From Candidatus Lloydbacteria bacterium RIFCSPHIGHO2_02_FULL_50_18 (GTDB lineage: Bacteria > Patescibacteriota > Minisyncoccia > Phycocordibacterales > UBA6899): a stretch of 64,000 bases of DNA. A program made the position numbers and the translations under genes. Of the stretch, positions 18,626 to 27,500 are shown piece after piece; position 1 is the stretch's first letter; every line of letters begins with the position of its first letter. The notes beneath the pieces are model-generated. The model made no database searches and was not told where the DNA came from. It saw only the letters and a program-made list of their open reading frames with translations. The stretch spans positions 1-64,000 of the forward strand of contig MHLM01000001.1 in NCBI GenBank assembly GCA_001821395.1, read 5' to 3'.

Positions 18626-21349
18626 CTATTTACAAGACAAGTCCTTTTCAAACAGCACCATGGAATGATCTTCCGGATCAGGAGATTCACTGAATCCTGC
18701 TCCCTTAAACACTTTACGCATTTGCGCATTTGCTCGTTCCGTAATGCCGGTCAATTTCACAATCTGATTCTTCATAGCCCAATCGACGCTCGCTTCCATA
18801 AGGTAGCTCGCGAGATGCTGCCCTTTGTGGTCAGTACGTGTAAAGAACGCAATTTCAAATTCGCCTGCATCGTTTGCACGAACAATGCGCGTCACGCTGA
18901 CTATTTCTCCCTTCTCGTTTTCAGCAACAAATGCCATATGATTGCGATAGTCGATATTGCAGCGCGGCGCGAGACGTTTATGGCTCTTGCGTGTTTCTAA
19001 AGATATCGCCGTATAGTAACGGTGATAGACATCCTCCTTGCTTACCTGTTCGTGAAAGAACGACATCTTACCTTCATCAGATGCATCTATCGGTCGAATG
19101 GTAATTGCGTCGCCATTTGCAAGATGCACGATATGCACAAATGCACCGGGGTAGGGGCGTATTGCAGGATTTCTCCCGACTTCATCAGGAGCAAATAACT
19201 CAATGCGCGCATCGATCGCACATACATCCTCTGGGCTTGCGAGTAATGGATTCATTTCGATTGACCGAACGAGCCCCGAAAGACTTGTCGCAACCTCAGA
19301 GAGTCGTACCCCTGCTTCTACAATGGCATCAATATTTGCTGCTTTAGCACCGCGTACACCTTTAAGAATTTTGAATATTCTTGTCTGCTCCATCAATTGA
19401 AGCATTTGCGCACTTGAGTGTTGATTGATACCCATTGCGGTGTCACCAAAATACTCAACGTGCGTGCCGCCCCGACCGAAGATCATAATCGGTCCAAAGT
19501 CCGGATCATTGGTAGTTCCAAGAAATATTTCATGAGCATCTTTGGTTTTCACCATCGATTGGATCGTTACACCACAGAATGAGTGTGCGCCGAGTTTGTC
19601 AGTGACCGACTTTTTGATCTCATGAAACGCTTTTCCAACGTCGAATGGATTGCGAAGATTTAGGTGTACACCAAATTCACTTTTGTGCGAAAGGGCGGCG
19701 TTCACACCGGGATATATTTCCGCATGTGCTTTCACCACAACAGGGTAACCGATATGACGCGAAGCTTCCATTGCTACTGCTTCAGAACGCGCAACACGAA
19801 TAACGTTTGTGGGTATCTGCGCCATACGCAGTATCTCTTTTGCCTCGTCCTCTGCGAGCAGCGTGCGACCTCCGTCACGAATTTCAAGGAGGAGTCGTCG
19901 CATTTCTTTGAGTGTTGCATCGCTAATGCGAGGGATAGCACGAGGAGTTTGATAGAGCACTTCATGTCTACGACGATACTCAGCAAGATGCCCGAGAATA
20001 CGTGCAGCAGTGTCTGGGTTTTGAAGCACAGGGATACTGGCTTCTTGAAGTAGTTTTTCTCCACCGCCGATAGACCATCCACCTGTCCAGACGACAAAGA
20101 CCGGTTTGCGAAATCCAACCGCACGTTGTTCGCTTACTGCCTGAATAATTCCTTTCGCAACTTCTTCAGGAGGTGACATGGCGGTAGGAACATACATGAT
20201 GATCACGGACTCAACGTTTTTGTCTGCGAGTACTGTCCGTACTGATTGGTAATACCGTTCACGCCCCGCATCACCAATGATGTCTACGGGATTCCCGTGT
20301 GACCAATTTGACGGCAAAAAAGCATCAAGTGCGGTCAGTGTTTCTGTGGTGAGTGCTACGGGTAAGAGTCCCGAAAGTGCAGCACGATCAGCTGCGATCA
20401 CCCCTGGTCCACCACCATTCGTGATGAAGGTATAACGATCAGATCTGGGGAGTTCCTGGTTAGCAACGATAGCAGTAGAAAACATTTCATCAAGCGAATC
20501 GACTCTGATCGCTTGTGTTCTGCGCAACGCCGCATCAAAGACTTTGTCGTTACCCGCAAGTGAGCCCGTATGTGTTGCCGCTGCTTTTGCAGCAGCCTCA
20601 CTTCGGCCCGGCTTGAAGACGACAACGAGCTTGTGTTCCGATACTTCGCGGAGTGCAGAAAGAAAACCTTCCGCATCAGCTCCAATACCTTCAACATACA
20701 AAAGAATCGCGTGGGTCTTGGGGTCAGACCCGAGATAGGAAAGATATTCTTTCCACGACAGATCAAAGGCATTGCCCATCGTGATCACTTTGTTGAGACC
20801 AACGCCAAGTCCACGTGCACGATCGACGAGCGCGACGGCTACGCCACCGCTCTGCGAAATGATTGAAACATGTCCAGGCGACGATATGCCCGTCAGTCCG
20901 AATGTAAGGTCAAGACCATTTTCCATGTTCATGAGCCCAAAGCAGTTCGGTCCAACAATGCGCGTATTACTCCCTGCGACCGCATCTTCAAGTTCTTTTT
21001 GAAGCTGATCGCCTTCTTTCGTGTGCACTTCACCAAAACCGGCGCTGATGATGAGCAAATATTTCACTCCACGCGTTGCGCATGATCGTGCAATATTTGG
21101 TACATATTGTGCCGCCGTCGTGATGACGACGAGCTCTGGAACATCGTCAAGTTCTTCTATCGAATGAACCGTACGCAATCCCACAATCGGCTGTGTTGCA
21201 TTGGGGTTGATCGCAATAATGCGATTGATAGGAAATCCTCCACGTGCCGCTCGTTGTGCAAGAACATTACCGAGTTTTCCGGGAGTGTCACTTGCGCCGA
21301 TAATGGCGACCGAGGATGGGTGAAATAACCCATACAATTTTGATCTCAT
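18626..21349 (-). CDS. Pat/YfiQ-type protein acetyltransferase: NDP-forming acyl-CoA synthetase (CoA-binding, ligase-CoA and ATP-grasp domains) fused to a C-terminal GNAT
   Basis: N-terminal CoA-binding Rossmann domain (VAIIGASDTPGKLGNV...ISAGFGE), central succinyl-CoA-synthetase-like and ATP-grasp regions, and a C-terminal ~130-aa GNAT-like domain. Start at MRSKLYG has AAGGAG 7 nt upstream. Confidence 0.85.
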   Translation of the reverse strand: MRSKLYGLFHPSSVAIIGASDTPGKLGNVLAQRAARGGFPINRIIAINPNATQPIVGLRTVHSIEELDDVPELVVITTAAQYVPNIARSCATRGVKYLLIISAGFGEVHTKEGDQLQKELEDAVAGSNTRIVGPNCFGLMNMENGLDLTFGLTGISSPGHVSIISQSGGVAVALVDRARGLGVGLNKVITMGNAFDLSWKEYLSYLGSDPKTHAILLYVEGIGADAEGFLSALREVSEHKLVVVFKPGRSEAAAKAAATHTGSLAGNDKVFDAALRRTQAIRVDSLDEMFSTAIVANQELPRSDRYTFITNGGGPGVIAADRAALSGLLPVALTTETLTALDAFLPSNWSHGNPVDIIGDAGRERYYQSVRTVLADKNVESVIIMYVPTAMSPPEEVAKGIIQAVSEQRAVGFRKPVFVVWTGGWSIGGGEKLLQEASIPVLQNPDTAARILGHLAEYRRRHEVLYQTPRAIPRISDATLKEMRRLLLEIRDGGRTLLAEDEAKEILRMAQIPTNVIRVARSEAVAMEASRHIGYPVVVKAHAEIYPGVNAALSHKSEFGVHLNLRNPFDVGKAFHEIKKSVTDKLGAHSFCGVTIQSMVKTKDAHEIFLGTTNDPDFGPIMIFGRGGTHVEYFGDTAMGINQHSSAQMLQLMEQTRIFKILKGVRGAKAANIDAIVEAGVRLSEVATSLSGLVRSIEMNPLLASPEDVCAIDARIELFAPDEVGRNPAIRPYPGAFVHIVHLANGDAITIRPIDASDEGKMSFFHEQVSKEDVYHRYYTAISLETRKSHKRLAPRCNIDYRNHMAFVAENEKGEIVSVTRIVRANDAGEFEIAFFTRTDHKGQHLASYLMEASVDWAMKNQIVKLTGITERANAQMRKVFKGAGFSESPDPEDHSMVLFEKDLSCK

Positions 21350-21591
21350 ACTATTCTCCTTGTGGTGCCCCAAAGTACAAAAGGGCTAGTTACAAAGTAC
21401 TTCTTGCTTCGATTTACCATATTTTTTAAAAAAAGCAACTGGCTATTTTTTAGTATTTAATTTCCTCTCCGAATAGGAATGCTCGTCCTTTGGCCTTCAA
21501 AAAACCGTGCGACACGATCATTATGAGGTCCGTCGATTCAATGTGGTTGTCGCGTTGTTAATAAGACCCATGATTGTTATAGTTACATGAC

Positions 21592-24500
21592 ATGTTCAGA
21601 ACACGTAAAGGTCGCTCTTCGTCACGTGGGATCGAGAGTCTTGCAAAAGAGCTCACGTTGACCGCACAACTTTCTTTCGACGAACGTCGGGCTACGATCT
21701 TCGCCCAACGATCAAGAAAAACACTCATTCGTACTCGCGCTGCATATCGCGACCTGTTGCAGCATCTTAATGAACGAGTACAGGCAACTCAGGGTATCGA
21801 ACTGCTTCTGGATAATTTCTATATCATTGAGAGTGCGTTGACCGAGCTGCTCTCGAGCTGGAAGGAAAAGATGACACTTCGTGTCCCTCAATCGCAGGAC
21901 GTCGACGGGGAAAAACAGCCACGTGTATATACGATCGCGCGCGCATTAACAAAGGAGGTGGATGCAAGATTTGACCGTGAAACGATTATTGAATTTCTCA
22001 GATCCTATCAAAAGAATACTCCTCTTTCGTTGCGGGAACTTGATATTTTTCCGGATATGTTGCGATTCGTGCTCATTGAAGAGGTGCTTCGGATCATCGA
22101 TGCGAGTCTTGCGGTGCTAAAGGAAAAGGCTGATGCGAATCGTTGGTACGAGCGCATCGTTGATGCAAGTCGACACAAAAATACTTCGGCTCGCTTGAGA
22201 AAGCTTACGGGTCTTCTTGCTGCAGAATATACCATCATTCCACAAATATTCGGTTTGCATCTGCTCCACCGCTTAGATCAGGCGGGAAAGGAGGGCGATA
22301 TCCGTATGGTAAGCAAGTGGCTTAAACTTTCGCTTTCAAAACAAGGAGTAAGCTATGCTCAGCTTTCAACGCTGAAATCCCATACGGAAAAAGTGCAGGC
22401 AGCCACGATGAGAAATGCGGTGACGAGTCTTCGTTATCTGTCTCAAGTACGATGGGATAAGGTCTCTCTGGAATTGAATATGGTCGATGCTGTCCTCTCC
22501 AAAGATCCTGTTGGCGCATTCGCGATGCTCACTGATGACGCGCGCTCTTTGTATCGCAGGACCATTGCGCGTATTAGTGACGGGACGGGAACACACGACA
22601 TCGAGGTCGCACGTGAAGCAGTACGTCTTGCGCGACAAGCAGTCGAAGTGGGAAATGACAAGACCATGCGTTCGCATCATGTGGGATATTATCTGCTTGA
22701 TAAGGGCGTCTTGGAGCTTGAACAGATGCTTGGATACGTACCGACATTCATGGAGAGTGTGCGCATGATCGTCTTGAAGCACAATACGAATGCGTACCTC
22801 GGATTCATTTGTGTTGTCACGCTTCTCTCGACCGGTGTATTTCTTGCACAGAGTGGCGCGTTCGCGTTCTCCGCACTTCTTTTTTTTGCGATGTTCATGC
22901 TGGGACTACTGTTGATGTCAGAAGTGGCAACGGTATTCGCTCACTTTATGTTTACAAGGATACTTATTCCGAAACAATTGCCCGCACTCGATCTTGCGCT
23001 CGGTATTGGTGACGCTCGTCGAACGGTGGTTGTCGTGCCTTCGATGTTTCGGAGTGCCGCCTCTGCACAGAAGATACTTCGAAGAATGGAGACGAATTTT
23101 GTGGGGAATAGTGACACAAATATTTTTTATGCTTTTTTGATGGATTTCCGTGATGCGAAGTCTGAAGAAGTGCCGCAAGACAACAAGCGTGTCACCGAGA
23201 TGAGGGAGGGGATCATGCTGCTCAATGCAAAGTATCCGTCAGCCATACCTCGTTTTGCATTGTTCTATCGCAAACGAAAATGGAATACCGCCGAAGGTAC
23301 ATTTATGGGCTGGGAAAGGAAGCGTGGGAAACTCAAGGAATTCAATGATCTATTGCGTGGTAAGGAAACATCGTACATCGATGACGCACAAAAGTGTGCA
23401 GCAGCTTATGGAACCGTCCGTTACGTGATCACGCTCGACGAAGACACGGAGCTCGTAAGAGATTCAGCGCGATCGCTTATTGGAACGATCGACCATCCGC
23501 TCAATCGCCCCGTAGTAGATCCGGTCAAAATGGTCGTTACAGAGGGCTATGGAATTGTTCAACCGCGAAGCGCTTTAAGATTCGAGGAAGGAGGAGCATC
23601 ACTCTTTTCTCGATTATTTGGCAGTTACCCGGGTATTGAGTCCTACTCATCGTTTGTTTCTGACCTGCATCAGGACCTGTTCGGAGAGGGTATATTTCAC
23701 GGAAAAGGTATTTACGATATCGATGCGTTTAATACAACGATGTCGGAACGTATCCCGGAGAACACCGTGCTTTCGCATGACCTGCTCGAAGGCTTGTACG
23801 CTCGAGTCGGCATCGCAAGTAGTGCGCACATTTTTGAGGGTTTTCCGTCAAATTATCGGGAGTATATACAGCGGTCTCATCGCTGGATACGTGGAGACTG
23901 GCAGATTATTACATGGCTATTTGACCGTGGTGCGGTATTTTCACGGATCGGTCGATATCGTATCTTTGATAATCTTCGACGGAGTTTGATCCCCATAGCC
24001 GCAGTGCTTGCGGTGATCTTTTCTTTATTTTCTGCGGCGGAGCTATCATCGTGGAGCATTGTCGCACTGCTTGCGATCGGTTCGGGTCAATTGATATCCG
24101 CAGTATTGCGCATCACCGAACGAACTACGAATTGGAAACGGCCGGTAAGTATCGTCGCGAGATTCGAATCAATGATCACTAGCTCGGTTGTGGCGCTCGT
24201 TAAAACATTATTTCTTGGCGCATTCGCACTCCATAGCGCAATGATCACTATTGATGCGATCGTGAGAAGTATGTGGCGACTCTTTTTTTCAAAAAGGCAT
24301 CTTCTTGAGTGGCAGACCGCATATGAAGCAGCTCTTGAGCGGAAAGATTCGATCAAGGGCTTCATACGATTCATGTGGCGCAGTGTGTGCCTCTCTCTCG
24401 CGCTCGTTTATCTCTTGTTCCACGGTGGAGGCATACAGGACCCCGTCGTGGTCATGTGGGTTCTTGCATGGCTCTTTGCTCCGTATTGCGCGGCGAGGAT

Positions 24501-27500
24501 CAGTGCAGAGCTGAAGAACAGGTATGTGCTTTCGGATACCGAACGTTTATATCTGCGTAAGGTTGCAGCACGGACATACTGGTTCTTTATTGACCTTGCA
24601 ACAAAGGAAGATAGCTGGCTTGTGCCGGATCATCTTCAGGAAGAACCACCAAGTAAGCGCCATTCCCATGGGCTCGGTATCTCCCCGACAAATCTTGGTA
24701 TGTACCTTTTGTCACTTTCGGGAGGACGAGCATTGGGACTCTCGTCGCTTTCAGCATACACAGATCGGATAACGCGCGCCTTTGCAAGTATGGAACGCAT
24801 GGTGCGTTACAACGGGCATTTTTATAATTGGTATGAACTGAAGCAGCTCACACCGCTTGCTCCCCGCTACGTATCAAGTGTTGATAGTGCAAATCTTGCA
24901 TTGTCACTACTCGCAGTGAAGGGTGCCCTCATTGATGCCACCGATGCACCGATTATTAGCGATGCCATGTTTCAAGGGCTCGATGCGCAACTCCACGTAC
25001 TCCTCGAGTCATGCGAACAAGCGATCACAATCAAGACGTCCGAACGTCACGAACGAAAATTACTTGGGGAGATCAGGTCGGCTGCTACAGAATCGATCAT
25101 GCTGATCCAGAAAGTGGCGAACGAAGCATTGACGCCTCGAGGAAGTGATCTTGTTTGGACTGGGGTCATTCATCATGCGGTACGTACGAGGAATGCACTC
25201 GAGGAATTGCGTCTCGAGGGGAAAAGCGAGCGTTTTGAGGAAATATTCCTCGCTGCGAGACATATTGAATCTGTCGCTGATGCCTATCGGGATAATGTTG
25301 CGCGATATCTCGGACACGCGGTCATTTCTGCGGTTTCCGCTTTAGCTCATGACCCCAAGCTTCATGCGCTGTATCTCCAGCTTTCGTTACTGTTGCAGCG
25401 GATACCAAGTGTGAATGATCTTGCTGATGGAGTAGTTCGGCGGGAGATCGAATCAGTCGGAATTCTTGATGCGGTTCTGCTTTCTCAGCTTGAAACAGAA
25501 GAAAAAAAGCGAGTTCGTGCGTGGTACGCACAGATCTTAGAAAGACTTGCCGAATCTGAAAAAAGAGCATCCGAGGCGCAGTCTTCATTGATCGGGTCTG
25601 CAAAGAGCGCGGCTGCTTATGTAGAGGAAATGAATTTTGAATTTCTTTATAATAAAGAGCGCGGTCTATTCCATATCGGATATAATTGCTCTACCGAAAA
25701 ACTCGATGAAGCATTTTATGATCTGCTCGCTTCAGAAGCGAATTCGACAAGTATCATCGGAATTGCTAAGCGTGATGTCCCTCAGGCACATTGGGCATAT
25801 CTCGGCAGAAAGTTGATCCAGAGCGGGAACGGCGACGTACTCGTTGCTTCATGGGCGGGATCGTTATTTGAGTATTTGGGAACGCTATTGTATTTCAACG
25901 TCCCGAGGGAAAGTTTTTGGGGTGTCTCTGCTCAGCGGGCTATTGCGGCACATCAGGCTTTTGCGCAGAAATATCATATACCGTGGGGGATGGGTGAGTC
26001 TGCCTCTTCGCGGCAAGATGTTGCACGGAATTATCATTACCAAGCATTCGGAGAACCATCCCTTGGTTTTAAGCGTGATCTTTCCGAATCGATCGTTGTC
26101 GCTCCGTATACAAGTGCTCTCGCACTTTCGATGGCACCAAAAGAAGCACTCGCAAATTTTCAACAGCTTGAGCGCGCCGGGGCATTTGGTCGCTACGGTT
26201 TCTATGATGCGATTGATTTTACGAAGAAAAGGGCAAAAGAATACCGTGAATCTTCGGGGGTACCTGCACGAATATATTATGCGCATCATCAGGGATTCAT
26301 ACTTTCATCGATCATCAATGTGCTCAATGATGGTTGGGTTCGTACGATGGTTGCTAAGGATCCTCAAATGGAAGTGTCAACACAGTTGTTTGAGGAGAAG
26401 ATGCCGGAAGACGTTCGCGGTGAGAAGATCAGCCCTATCGTCCCCGAAATACCTGTTGCTCAAACAGTATCAACGTTTGCAGCATCTCCTCGTCGGTATC
26501 TTCCGTGGCGTACCAAAGAAGCAACCTCAATGTTTCTTTCAAATGAAGATTATTTTACCCGAATCACCGCGACGGGTGCCGGAGAGAGCTCCATCGGCGA
26601 TGTATTGATCACTCGAGCATCAAGCGATATGTTGCGCGAGTCTGTCGGCACCTTCTTCTATGTCTTTGATGCGGCACGAGACAAGATGTGGTCACCAACG
26701 TACATGCCGACGCGAGTCGCGGGTGATAAGCATACTGTTTCCTTCGGTGAACAGATCATTCAATTCAAGAAAACGCATGAGGAGATCGACTCATCGTTGA
26801 TCGTGACCCCCCTTATTCAAGATCATGGAGAGTTGCGCGAGCTTTCACTTACCAACACAAGAGAAAAAGAGACCGTGCTTACCTTCGGAGTATGCGCAGA
26901 ACTGTCACTTTCGCGAAGACAGGATGAATCATCACACCCGAACTATGAGCAGCTCTTCGTTTCTACTGAAACGCATTGGGGGGGGCGTGCCATCATTGCT
27001 TCGCGCCCCGACCCGCATGATCGTAATCACCATATTGTAGCCGGTTTTCTTCTCGTCGGAGACGGTATGCTTGATGACGTACATGCGATAAGAGAGAAAA
27101 GCCTTTTCTTGGGTTCCCCGGAGCAAAAAGATGATCCGCCAATATTGCGTGACCTCTCACGTGCGAACAAGGAGGGTCCTGCTCACACGCTCGACAGTGT
27201 CGCCGCATTCGTCGGTCGTGTTCGATTGCGGCCGAAAGCAACCACCCGTGTCACATTGGTGACAATCGTAGGGAAGTCAAAAGAAGAGGTATTTGCACGT
27301 CTAAAGATCTATCGCAATTACAAGTCTGTACTGGGTGTCATAGGTGGCGCCGACCGTGCAGGGGGGCAACTGCTGAGCGAGCTCAGCATCACGGCACTTC
27401 AGGCTGAAGCCTACGGTACCCTGGCTTCAATTGCTATCGCTCGTGAAGTAAAAAGCGGAAAGGAATCAAACTCCAATGCTCGTCCTTGGGTCTCAGCTCT

